From Candidatus Omnitrophota bacterium (GTDB taxonomy: Bacteria > Omnitrophota > Gorgyraeia > B26-G9), in contig JBDRPX010000033.1 in NCBI GenBank assembly GCA_043826565.1, forward strand, positions 21,268-85,267: DNA of 64,000 nucleotides, read 5' to 3'. Positions 9,355-18,105 of the stretch are shown one piece after another. Below the pieces are notes generated by a model. The model saw nothing but the letters and a program-made list of their open reading frames with translations, was not told where the DNA came from and made no database searches. Positions within the stretch are counted from its first letter, which is position 1, and each line of letters begins with the position of its first letter. The position numbers and the translations under genes were made by a program.

Positions 9355-9648
9355 TTACAAAATAAGCGTATCTTCTTCCAAGTTGGGCACTTTCTTTGTT
9401 CCAACATGCTCAACCCGCCTTTTCCAATTAGCCCCCAAAAAATAAAACCGCAGGCTGTCGGTTTTCTGATTTATTTCTTTTATCAACTGCGCCCGTAACA
9501 TCGTCCAATGGACAGGATCGACTATACACTCAAATACTGAATACTGCACTCTCTGTCCATAATCAACACATGTTTTAGCAACCCTTCGCAAACGGCGCCG
9601 GCCTTCTTTTGTTAAAGTACTTACATCATAACTTACGATTACCAACAT
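9355..9648 (-). CDS. cas2: CRISPR-associated endoribonuclease Cas2
   Basis: 97 aa starting MLVIVSYDVSTLTKEGRRRLRRVAKTCVDYGQRVQYSVFEC. Confidence 0.9.
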   Translation of the reverse strand: MLVIVSYDVSTLTKEGRRRLRRVAKTCVDYGQRVQYSVFECIVDPVHWTMLRAQLIKEINQKTDSLRFYFLGANWKRRVEHVGTKKVPNLEEDTLIL

Positions 9649-9663
9649 ATATCTTTCCTCTTA

Positions 9664-10695
9664 TTATTTTGATACAAATGCCGGATACCCCTCAATATCT
9701 CCCCGCAAATACCGCGCGAACAACAATGCCTGCACATAAAACAAAAGACCTACTTTTATTTCCTCTTTCAAATAAGGGTGTGTTATTGATTCTTGTTTGC
9801 GGCTTTGATAAGCAGTGATTACAGTTTTGCGCGTTTCATCGTTCATAATAACTGCGCCGCTCTCCATCTTTTTAAATCCGCTTTTTTTAACTTGTCCCAG
9901 ATTTATCAGAGAAAGCACCAAACGGTCAGCCAAATATGCTCTAAATTCTTCCTGCATATCAAGAGCAAGTCCCGGACGGCCGGGACGGTCCCGGTGCAAA
10001 AATCCAACATACGGATCAAGGCCTACGGTTTCCAGTGCCGAACGCACATCATGCATTATTAATGTGTATAAAAAAGAAAGCAGACAATTGACATTGTCCC
10101 GCGGCGGACGACGGTTACGTTCATTAAAACTAAAATCCTCTTTTTGCTGTAGTATTAAATGGTCAAAAACACCAAAATAAGCCGCCGCAGACTCCCCTTC
10201 AATCCCGCGCAATTCATCCAAGGAGCCGGCTCTCTGAAGATTCTGCAAAGAATAGCGCAGTCTATTTGCCGCTGTATCAACACTATCTTTTTCCGGCTGA
10301 TCAGGATAATCACGAGTAAATCTTTTCAAGACATTCCTGGAATTAGCCAGCTTACTCATAAGTATCCATTGCGCCACGGCAAGACTAATATTAATATCAT
10401 CCGCATACCGATACTGGGTACGCCGCAATAACACATTACCCTGGGTCTTCCCTTTTACCGAAGCCAGGAACCTGCCGTATTCTGTAAGAAAACTTACTGT
10501 CACTTTATGTTCGGCACAAAAACCCATTAAATACGGGCTCATACTCACTTGTCCGAAACAAACAATACCGCCGATTGTATGCACTGGTAATCGCAGACGC
10601 GTATCATCCCCAACTTTCACAACAATGGTTTCTCCCTCTTTGTGCAAATAAGAACCCTGGGTAGTAACAAATAATATATTTAATAAATGCTTCAT
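9664..10695 (-). CDS. cas1: CRISPR-associated integrase Cas1 (I-C type)
   Basis: 343 aa with Cas1-like acidic/His catalytic region. It sits next to cas2 and cas4. Confidence 0.9.
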   Translation of the reverse strand: MKHLLNILFVTTQGSYLHKEGETIVVKVGDDTRLRLPVHTIGGIVCFGQVSMSPYLMGFCAEHKVTVSFLTEYGRFLASVKGKTQGNVLLRRTQYRYADDINISLAVAQWILMSKLANSRNVLKRFTRDYPDQPEKDSVDTAANRLRYSLQNLQRAGSLDELRGIEGESAAAYFGVFDHLILQQKEDFSFNERNRRPPRDNVNCLLSFLYTLIMHDVRSALETVGLDPYVGFLHRDRPGRPGLALDMQEEFRAYLADRLVLSLINLGQVKKSGFKKMESGAVIMNDETRKTVITAYQSRKQESITHPYLKEEIKVGLLFYVQALLFARYLRGDIEGYPAFVSK

Positions 10696-11318
10696 TACCC
10701 TATCAATACCTTCTCAAAATAATCACTCACTCCGTTATCGACTAAGATTTTCGGCATACACAAATCAAGCAATGAACATTTTTCACAGCGTTTTTCATAT
10801 ACAGCCGGCGGAGTTTTTCCCGCCTGCATAAGTTCATGCACACACCTAATCGCGTCTATGGTTATATCACGCAAATGCCGACTAAATATTACTTCCAGCC
10901 GATGACGCGTTTTCCCGTAAAAAATAGCACCTTTTTCAATCTCTATATCCAGCATCTCTTCCAGACAAAGTGCCTGCGCGCAAAGCTGAACCTTATCCGA
11001 ATCATCACGCTTAGGTTTGCCTCTTTTATACTCAACCGGAAACGGTACCCACACATCACCTTTTTTATGAAATTCAACAACATCTGCTTTGCCGCTTAAT
11101 CCTAAACGCATTGAATAGAGAGACACGCCATGTTCCATTCTAACGCCGGAACGTTTTTGATATTTCTCCTCATGCACATTATCATGCATCACCCGGCCCT
11201 CGGCAGTGAACAAATTTTCAATCCACACCTGTTCAAGATGGATCAACGCGCATTGCCGACGGCAGAAAATAAAATGCTGTAAAGCAGAAAGCTGTATAAA
11301 ATCTTCGTCAGAATACAT
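10695..11318 (-). CDS. cas4: CRISPR-associated exonuclease Cas4 (RecB-like nuclease with a C-terminal Cys cluster)
   Basis: 207 aa with an N-terminal Cys (FIFCRRQCALIHLEQ) and a C-terminal CEKCSLLDLC motif. Its start codon overlaps the stop of the upstream DinD-like gene (TAATG). Confidence 0.85.
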   Translation of the reverse strand: MYSDEDFIQLSALQHFIFCRRQCALIHLEQVWIENLFTAEGRVMHDNVHEEKYQKRSGVRMEHGVSLYSMRLGLSGKADVVEFHKKGDVWVPFPVEYKRGKPKRDDSDKVQLCAQALCLEEMLDIEIEKGAIFYGKTRHRLEVIFSRHLRDITIDAIRCVHELMQAGKTPPAVYEKRCEKCSLLDLCMPKILVDNGVSDYFEKVLIG

Positions 11319-12160
11319 TACTTTATCTTTTTTCTCGACTCATTTTCTTTCAAATAATTATTTTTGGAAACAATCGGCCTTTTAAGTTTTTTCTCTAACG
11401 CTTTTCGGGCATTACCAGCTATACTACCTCCAGAGTGCGCATCTTTTTTAAGTTTCTTTACTCCTATAGAATTTTCGTTCCGATGAATCTCTGTGGTAGA
11501 CCTCTCTCCCAGCATGGTAAAAATCAACTCAAAATCATCCATATGATCCCGCAAATTCTCCCGTTTCAGCCCCTTTAGCTTTTTATATTCATTTGGCGTA
11601 ACACCAAACGCGGCTTTAGAAACTTCCGCCGTTAATATTTCGTAGTCTCTATCTTCTTTTGCCCCCCGCTTTTGCCACTCATCAGTCAACTCATCCCGGA
11701 TAGCAATACCTCTCATACGTTTTTCTATCCAGTCTTCGCTGTACCCCTTTAGCTTATAAAGCATTCTGGTCCTTTTAGTCGCCAGCTCCGGATTTTCTAT
11801 CTCTTGTATCTTTTCATAACCAGCCTTTGCCAGCCAGCGTTTGAACGGCTCGGCTTTAGGCGAAGGAATGGATTGAACAAGTCTAAAAATTCCTTCCGTA
11901 TTCCAACAATACATCTTTTGCTTGCCCCCCGGCGTTTCTACTTCAAGCATAAGGGGTGGTACAAATTGTACCCCCCCTTGATCTATTAATTTCGCAAGCT
12001 CTTCATCTCTCTGTTTTAACCGCTTAAAGTATTGCGCGGGGTCATTAGAATCAGTTAACGATTTAATAACATCATTAACCACAAACCACCATTCTTTTTG
12101 ATGCAGTGTCTTCCTAATTTTTTCGCCTTTAAATATTGCGATTTTAGTGTTAAAGCTCAT
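11318..12160 (-). CDS. Bro-N-domain protein of the DinD (DNA-damage-inducible protein D) type, embedded in the cas operon
   Basis: The N-terminus (IAIFKGEKIRKTLHQKEWWFVVNDVIKSLTDSNDPAQYFKRLKQRDEE) fits the Bro-N pattern F.G..IR.....WF.A.DVA..LG..NP. The C-terminal block (LKGLKRENLRDHMDDFELIFTMLGERSTTEIH...SGGSIAGNARKALEKKL) matches what I recall of the conserved DinD C-terminal region; this is from memory and no HMM was run. There is a 24-nt gap with an SD after cas7 and a 1-nt overlap with cas4. Confidence 0.65.
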   Translation of the reverse strand: MSFNTKIAIFKGEKIRKTLHQKEWWFVVNDVIKSLTDSNDPAQYFKRLKQRDEELAKLIDQGGVQFVPPLMLEVETPGGKQKMYCWNTEGIFRLVQSIPSPKAEPFKRWLAKAGYEKIQEIENPELATKRTRMLYKLKGYSEDWIEKRMRGIAIRDELTDEWQKRGAKEDRDYEILTAEVSKAAFGVTPNEYKKLKGLKRENLRDHMDDFELIFTMLGERSTTEIHRNENSIGVKKLKKDAHSGGSIAGNARKALEKKLKRPIVSKNNYLKENESRKKIK

Positions 12161-12184
12161 TTGACATCTCCTTGCTTGGATAAA

Positions 12185-13021
12185 TTACAACTTTTCTATA
12201 ATCTCGACCCCGGATGGTATTTTATCTTTATTTATTACAACCGAATAATCTTTCCATTCACGCGGTAAACCAGCATTATTTTTTATACTGATACGTTCAA
12301 ATAATTCACCCGAACGCGCATTACCAAGATGACTCGCGTGTTTAAAAATAATTAATTTACGCGGATTCATTTCACCACGAGCAGCTGCGCGGTCATGTTC
12401 AAAAGCGTTTAAAAGAGATTCCCAAAGAAGTTCTAAGTCATTTTCTGAAAATTTAGTTTTTGTGGCATCTACGGCTGATATGAATCCATGCATACGATAA
12501 AGAGCATATGGGACAGTAGCTTTACGGCCAAAAGTGGAAGCGTGTTCTCTTTTTTCCTGGGCCTTTGCTTCGGCTGGTGTTGTTACTGCGCACCGTGTAA
12601 TAGAATGCTCTGCCTGATATATACGGTCTTGTGATCTGGAAAAAGTAAACTGAACAGGTCCCCGAACAGTTCCAGCACCTTTGTCTCCTGTGCTTAATAC
12701 TGCTCCAAAGGTTCTAATATCAAAATAATTCTGACATAAAGAGTTTTGTCTATCTTGTGGCCTTTCACCCGACGCGGAATCAATAATATTATTCAGAATA
12801 TTTTCCTGCCGAATAAAAATATCATAAGGAGCTTTCAATTGATGCTTCAATGTAACATAATTTCTAACTTTTCTCTTAATACACACATCTGTTACCAAGC
12901 CCTCCTGATTTTCAGCGTCAGTGCGCGGTAAATTTGCCTGATCGGGATCACCGTTAGGATTGCCGTCTTTCACATCAAACAGAAATACAAAATCATACCT
13001 ATTTTTTATTGCTTCGTTCAT
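12185..13021 (-). CDS. cas7: Cas7 (Csd2, type I-C backbone protein)
   Basis: Hallmark FLFDVKDGNPNGDPD motif; 278 aa. Confidence 0.9.
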   Translation of the reverse strand: MNEAIKNRYDFVFLFDVKDGNPNGDPDQANLPRTDAENQEGLVTDVCIKRKVRNYVTLKHQLKAPYDIFIRQENILNNIIDSASGERPQDRQNSLCQNYFDIRTFGAVLSTGDKGAGTVRGPVQFTFSRSQDRIYQAEHSITRCAVTTPAEAKAQEKREHASTFGRKATVPYALYRMHGFISAVDATKTKFSENDLELLWESLLNAFEHDRAAARGEMNPRKLIIFKHASHLGNARSGELFERISIKNNAGLPREWKDYSVVINKDKIPSGVEIIEKL

Positions 13022-13022
13022 T

Positions 13023-14783
13023 TTATTCCTCCTCTATCGTTTCTTTTAATTCCGCCCTATTAAATTGCGCTTGTTTTTGGTGATAATAGCCGATTGCAAA
13101 TTGGCCCTGTTCTTCCAGAGTAAATACTGATGGAAAATTTTCAATTTTAATTTCCTTACATAACGACTGTAATTCTTTGTCTAATACAACCGCCAGTCCC
13201 GGTTTTTCTCCTTTTAGTTTTGTGAAATGCTTTGAACTTAAATTGAATAACCTGCCGAAAGCCGGAGATGGTGTAGTCAAAGCAAATGTAAAATACCTTT
13301 CTCTTATTCCCGCGTTAGTTTTACCCTGAGCGGCTCGTTGAATGCTCTCCAATACCGCGAAAATTCTTCCGCAGGTATAAGCCGTGGGTTTGTTTGTTCC
13401 AGTTAATTTTTCCTGAGCCATAAAATCACCTCCTCTATTGTTTCGGTTAAGAATCAGCTTAATTAGTGATGCCCGTTCACGAGTAACACCATTTTGATCT
13501 AATTGCGCGCGTTTCAATACAGCTGATAAAATCCATAAAGGCAGAGTAGTATTTTTCAATGCTGCATCCCATAAATAAACGGCGGTGCGAGATAAAATTG
13601 TATCTTTATTTTCTTTCTCTTTTTGACAACATCTTGCTAATTCATAAAGGCGCGAATAATATGTCTGGCTTCTCTTTAAATCAAAATCATAATAGTCTAT
13701 CGCTATATCTTTAAACCAGCATCCGATTGACTTCCGAAAATCCGCAAGGCTGGTTTCTATCCAGTCACGTACAACAATGCGAGCCGCTGCTCCGGAAAGC
13801 GTACAAGAATAAAATCTATCTGTCTCAAGGTATTGCATATTTTTTGTTTCGCCGGCAGTTATGGAGTCAATCAGACTTGCTACCTCCTGTGGGTCAGGGG
13901 CATCCAGTAAATCAATTTCTTTGATTTTTTCATTTTCCCGTGTCCAAAAAACCATTGCCGTATCTGAACCAAAATTTTTACGATTAGTATAATTTGTATA
14001 CTCTTTTCCTTTCTTGTTTTTTACTCTTGATCCTGTTGATAAAAGCCAATTCAAACCTTCAACATATGTTTTAGCGCAATTTGTGCATATTGCGGAATTA
14101 TTATTGCCCTCTAAGTTATATGATTCAAAAGCATCTTCATTATAAGACACCAAAGCGGAACCGCTACTTTGACCATCAGGAACTCTCTTAATCATGCCAT
14201 GAGGTGTATCACACACAGGGTAATTTGTTTTTCCACAAATTGAACATTTAATATTAGATGTGGCTAGGAATGATTTTTGCTCGTTTTCATAATGTTCAAT
14301 CAAGCTTTGATAAACTGCCGATTCTTCATGAACACGCTTATCTTTATTCAAAATTCGAAAAGCAATATTACCTCTTCTTTCTTTTTCATTGGGAATCGCT
14401 TTCTCAAACTCAATCAGCGCTTTATCCAATCCATTTATTTTATTTTGTCCATAAAAAACTAAAACCGGTGTTAACTCCTTTAAATTCTTGTATTGCTCCA
14501 GTTTTCCCATAAACAACCAATGCTTTTTTATAGACGATTCGCCGCCATAACCCAACACCTCTTCTGCTTTATCAAGGAGCAACCGCGCTTTGCCTTTCTT
14601 AGCTGTAATTGCCTCCGCGGTTGTCATCTTTTTTTCAAACAGCAGAAAAGAATGAAAACTACCATCTTCCTTAATAACGAGATCAATGGAAATCGGATCT
14701 TCTTTTAAAGCATCATGAATCAATTTTTGCCCTGAATTTTGTATGCGGAGTTTTTTACCAAGTTCACTTAATTCCCGAATCAT
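13023..14783 (-). CDS. cas8c: Cas8c (Csd1, type I-C large subunit)
   Basis: 586 aa, between cas5 and cas7 as in I-C operons. It has a Cys-rich segment (CSICGKTNYPVCDTPHG). Confidence 0.8.
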   Translation of the reverse strand: MIRELSELGKKLRIQNSGQKLIHDALKEDPISIDLVIKEDGSFHSFLLFEKKMTTAEAITAKKGKARLLLDKAEEVLGYGGESSIKKHWLFMGKLEQYKNLKELTPVLVFYGQNKINGLDKALIEFEKAIPNEKERRGNIAFRILNKDKRVHEESAVYQSLIEHYENEQKSFLATSNIKCSICGKTNYPVCDTPHGMIKRVPDGQSSGSALVSYNEDAFESYNLEGNNNSAICTNCAKTYVEGLNWLLSTGSRVKNKKGKEYTNYTNRKNFGSDTAMVFWTRENEKIKEIDLLDAPDPQEVASLIDSITAGETKNMQYLETDRFYSCTLSGAAARIVVRDWIETSLADFRKSIGCWFKDIAIDYYDFDLKRSQTYYSRLYELARCCQKEKENKDTILSRTAVYLWDAALKNTTLPLWILSAVLKRAQLDQNGVTRERASLIKLILNRNNRGGDFMAQEKLTGTNKPTAYTCGRIFAVLESIQRAAQGKTNAGIRERYFTFALTTPSPAFGRLFNLSSKHFTKLKGEKPGLAVVLDKELQSLCKEIKIENFPSVFTLEEQGQFAIGYYHQKQAQFNRAELKETIEEE

Positions 14784-15508
14784 AACTCCACCCCCTCATC
14801 CTGATTAAAATTATAAATAACCGCGGATGTTTCGCTATTTATTGGGGGGCGGACATGGGTTGATTGCATCATTTTGTCATTTTCCGGAACTTCACAATTT
14901 AAAACACCGTTACGTATTGCCGCATCATAGAAAAACAACGGTTCAGGCTTTCCATTCGCGTCATAAAATATATCGAACAGCATACTCCCGATAGGAATTG
15001 TTTCCTGTATCGGTTGTTCATTTCCATCCGGCGCCATAAATTCAGCAGAAAACTCACGCGTGCCAAGATACGGCCTGCGCCAGCATTGTCCTTTTTTTAC
15101 TCGGCGGGGGAACATACCTTCTCTTCCGCTATTCATTCCAATGTACTTTTCAGGACGGTTCTTATCAGATTTTTCTTTTTGCCAAATTGACGCTTCAATG
15201 ATATAAGCCGCATCCTTTAACACTACACTGTTACGTTGCGCGCGCTTTTCTTCAATTACAATAGGTCTTCGCCCTTGTTTAGAATTAATCTCATTACGCT
15301 TAACCGTATAAAATTTAATTGGGTTCAAAACTAATATTTTTCTTACATACCACTGAAATTCCGGCTTCCACAAAATTGAATCAAGAACGCCCCTTGCCGC
15401 AGAAGGAGTCATACAAGGATAGGTCATTCGTTCTACTTTCAGGTCTGGTCTTGTAAAACACGCGAAATCTCCCGTCACTTTAACACGTACAATTTGTTTA
15501 TCAATCAT
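14780..15508 (-). CDS. cas5: Cas5c (Cas5d, I-C crRNA-processing Cas5)
   Basis: N-terminus VRVKVTGDFACFTRPDLKVERMTYPCMTPSAARGVLDSILWKPEFQW is typical Cas5d. No cas6 is present, as expected for I-C. Confidence 0.9.
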   Translation of the reverse strand: MIDKQIVRVKVTGDFACFTRPDLKVERMTYPCMTPSAARGVLDSILWKPEFQWYVRKILVLNPIKFYTVKRNEINSKQGRRPIVIEEKRAQRNSVVLKDAAYIIEASIWQKEKSDKNRPEKYIGMNSGREGMFPRRVKKGQCWRRPYLGTREFSAEFMAPDGNEQPIQETIPIGSMLFDIFYDANGKPEPLFFYDAAIRNGVLNCEVPENDKMMQSTHVRPPINSETSAVIYNFNQDEGVEL

Positions 15509-15550
15509 AAAATCACCTCCAATTTTTTTAACTATTATTTGAAGTTGTTT

Positions 15551-17785
15551 TCATACTATTAATTTATCCGCCTCAATCGGCTCTACAGAAATACCGGTAT
15601 TTGAGTCATAATTTCCATACCAAACGAAAAAACCTTGAGGCATTTTTTTACACATATTTTGATTCTTAAATAAAAAATTCTGATAAACCTGCACAGTAAA
15701 TGCCTGCATCTTACGGTAATCATCCCGCGATAAATATTCCTTATGTTCTATAGAGTGAAATATTTTTTTACTTTCTTCGCTATAGCTATAAATGAAAAGC
15801 CCTTCGGTTACGTTAGAAATCAATCTATAGCTATCACCAACTGTTTCAAAATTAAAATCTTCCTGTGCTTTTATAATATTATTCTTATCCGGATCCACAA
15901 ATAAATTCACTACTTGAGAATAATATTCCTGGAAGAAATCATAGTCATATAATTTATTAATATCCGTCTGAATCAAACTTTTTGTATGTTCCGCGCACGC
16001 TTTATAAGTTTTATCCGGCATCCCGCTTTCTTTTAGTTGAAATAAATACACTTTCCCATATTCCGGCAATTTCCCTTCACGATTACACCGTCCCGCTGAC
16101 TGAATAATAGATTCCAGCGGCGCCATTGCGCGAAAAACGCAAGAAAAATCAAAATCTACTCCTGCTTCAATCAGTTGGGTGGAAGAAACTAATATTTTAC
16201 GTTTTTTTTCTAAATCCTCCCGAATATTATCAATAATTTGTCTGCGATGAACAGGACACATCGCCGTTGACAAATGGTATTTTTTTTCCCAAACTTCAAT
16301 GTTTTGAGCACAGTTATAAAAATTCAAAACAGCTTTCTTTGTATTAAATATGACCAAAACAGAAGAATTTGTTTCTTTTACAGTTTCCAGCAATTCATCA
16401 AGCTCGATAGCGTTTAAATCTTGCAAAAGATTATAATCAACCCTCCGGGTTTTTTCGAAAATTTCTGAAGGATTATCAATAAGCGGATATATTGAATCGA
16501 TTCCATTAAATTTATCCCGTTTTTCAAACGCGGGTTGTGTTGCCGTACAAAACAAAAAAGATGCACCCATTACTGCCTGAATATTTTTTAGTATGGAAAG
16601 TGTCGGCAAAATAATTTCTTTGGGCAGGGATTGAACCTCATCGAAAATCACTACGGATTGAGCGATATTATGATTTTTACGGCATTTGGAAGGCTTATTG
16701 CTGAAAAGTGATTCAAAAAATTGAACTGTTGTTGTCACAATAATTGGATAATCCCAATTTTCACAGGCTAAAATTTTTCTTTTTTGAATGGTATCTAAAT
16801 TATTTTCATCATCCTGTATCGCGGAATTATTTTCATTATAGCTGGAGTGATGTTCCAATACCAATTTTTCGCCGAATATTCTTTTTAACTCAGAGGCTGT
16901 TTGGTCAATAATATTAATATAAGGCAATACTATTATAATTCGCTTTAATCCGTTTGCTTTCGCATGACGAAGAGCCCATGCTATGGAGATAAGCGTTTTC
17001 CCAGTGCCTGTCGGAAGATTCAACGAATAAAAACCAGGTGTTTTATTTGCCTTTTCCAAAACAATTTTTCTTGTATAATTACGTAACTGATTGAGTTCCC
17101 CATTCGTAGGCTTATTAGAAAATTCTTTTTCAAGTTTTTCTATCATTTCATCTATCGGTAAAATATATTTACCGCGGCTTTGAGATTTATCAGGTTCATA
17201 AAAGGCCTCGGTATCAAGCCAATCCGCATCTATTAAAGCACTAAACAAATAGCGGATAAAAAGTTCTCTTTGTAATGGATCTGAATATACCGCTGATAAA
17301 GATTTATTATTGTTCTCAGAAAAAGCAGTATCTTTTATAAAAGACTCAATAACCGAATCAAATTCAGCCACATCTTTTCTTTTGAATTTTTCTGTATCTA
17401 TTTTTAAATCAGATTTATTGGGCAAACCTTTATGATGTCCATCAATTGCAAAAGGGATCTCAATCATTCCAAGAATTCTGGCATATCCGGCTCCCCATAC
17501 GGCATGAGGAACACTACCACGCTTGCCACCTTCAACAAGATATTTCTGAAAATCTGGTTGATATTTTCCAAAATCGTGCAACATCCCGGCTATATTGAAT
17601 AAAAATTTCACGGTATCGTTATTACCAAACGATGCTGCTAATTTTGCGACGTTTTTTAAATGCTCGCCAAGCGTCTGCCATTCACTTTTCGGTTTATCTT
17701 TTAAACTATGCGCGTAATATTTCATTTTCCCCCGATAAGATGCATTGACTACCAATCTCACGACCACCGCTTTCTTTACCTCCAA
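15551..17785 (-). CDS. cas3: Cas3 HD-nuclease/helicase. The maximal ORF starts with TTG at 17785; a more likely start is the ATG at 17725 (MKYYAHS...), which has a GGGGG SD
   Basis: HD motif (LHDFGKYQPDFQ) followed by DEAD/DEAH-box helicase motifs (LPTGTGKT, DEVQ). It is the first gene of the operon. Confidence 0.9.
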   Translation of the reverse strand: MEVKKAVVVRLVVNASYRGKMKYYAHSLKDKPKSEWQTLGEHLKNVAKLAASFGNNDTVKFLFNIAGMLHDFGKYQPDFQKYLVEGGKRGSVPHAVWGAGYARILGMIEIPFAIDGHHKGLPNKSDLKIDTEKFKRKDVAEFDSVIESFIKDTAFSENNNKSLSAVYSDPLQRELFIRYLFSALIDADWLDTEAFYEPDKSQSRGKYILPIDEMIEKLEKEFSNKPTNGELNQLRNYTRKIVLEKANKTPGFYSLNLPTGTGKTLISIAWALRHAKANGLKRIIIVLPYINIIDQTASELKRIFGEKLVLEHHSSYNENNSAIQDDENNLDTIQKRKILACENWDYPIIVTTTVQFFESLFSNKPSKCRKNHNIAQSVVIFDEVQSLPKEIILPTLSILKNIQAVMGASFLFCTATQPAFEKRDKFNGIDSIYPLIDNPSEIFEKTRRVDYNLLQDLNAIELDELLETVKETNSSVLVIFNTKKAVLNFYNCAQNIEVWEKKYHLSTAMCPVHRRQIIDNIREDLEKKRKILVSSTQLIEAGVDFDFSCVFRAMAPLESIIQSAGRCNREGKLPEYGKVYLFQLKESGMPDKTYKACAEHTKSLIQTDINKLYDYDFFQEYYSQVVNLFVDPDKNNIIKAQEDFNFETVGDSYRLISNVTEGLFIYSYSEESKKIFHSIEHKEYLSRDDYRKMQAFTVQVYQNFLFKNQNMCKKMPQGFFVWYGNYDSNTGISVEPIEADKLIV

Positions 17786-18005
17786 ACACGGTTAGTTCCT
17801 CCTTCATTTTTCCCTCTCCTCAAATTCGACAGAATTAAACTTTCCTCTAAACCCATTTCAAAACTCTCTTAAAAACAAAAAAACCACCGCTGGGCGTATT
17901 TGCCCAACGAAGGTTTTACTTTTTTAAAGTCCGGGATACCCCCTTCAAACTCGGGACATCTTGAGTTTTTTACTATGAAATCTAGTCTAAAAGAAAAAAC
18001 TACCC

Positions 18006-18034
18006 TTGTCAATATTTTTTTATCACCGTATAAT
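18006..18034 (+). promoter_or_regulatory. Near-consensus sigma70-type promoter for ispH
   Basis: TTGTCA (18006-18011), a 17-nt spacer, then TATAAT (18029-18034), about 70 nt upstream of the ispH ATG. An AGGA SD lies near 18092. Confidence 0.5.
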
Positions 18035-18065
18035 AGGTATGGTTAAGACAAGGGCTAACGCAAAA

Positions 18066-18080
18066 GCCGCCCCTACAAGG
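18066..18080 (+). repeat. Partial REP-like tail (GCCGCCCCTACAAGG) in the ispH 5' UTR
   Basis: It matches the family's 3' half only. Confidence 0.35.
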
Positions 18081-18105
18081 TCAGATAAAATTACAGGATA
18101 ACTAT

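Noticed and set aside
12185-17785. A cas6 gene is missing from the cas operon
   Set aside because: This is normal for type I-C, where Cas5d processes the pre-crRNA. It is not an anomaly.
17786-18000. A LexA/SOS box upstream of the cas operon, expected given the DinD-like gene
   Set aside because: I found no convincing CTGT-N8-ACAG or GAAC-N4-GTTC palindrome by eye. I make no claim; a proper motif scan is needed.
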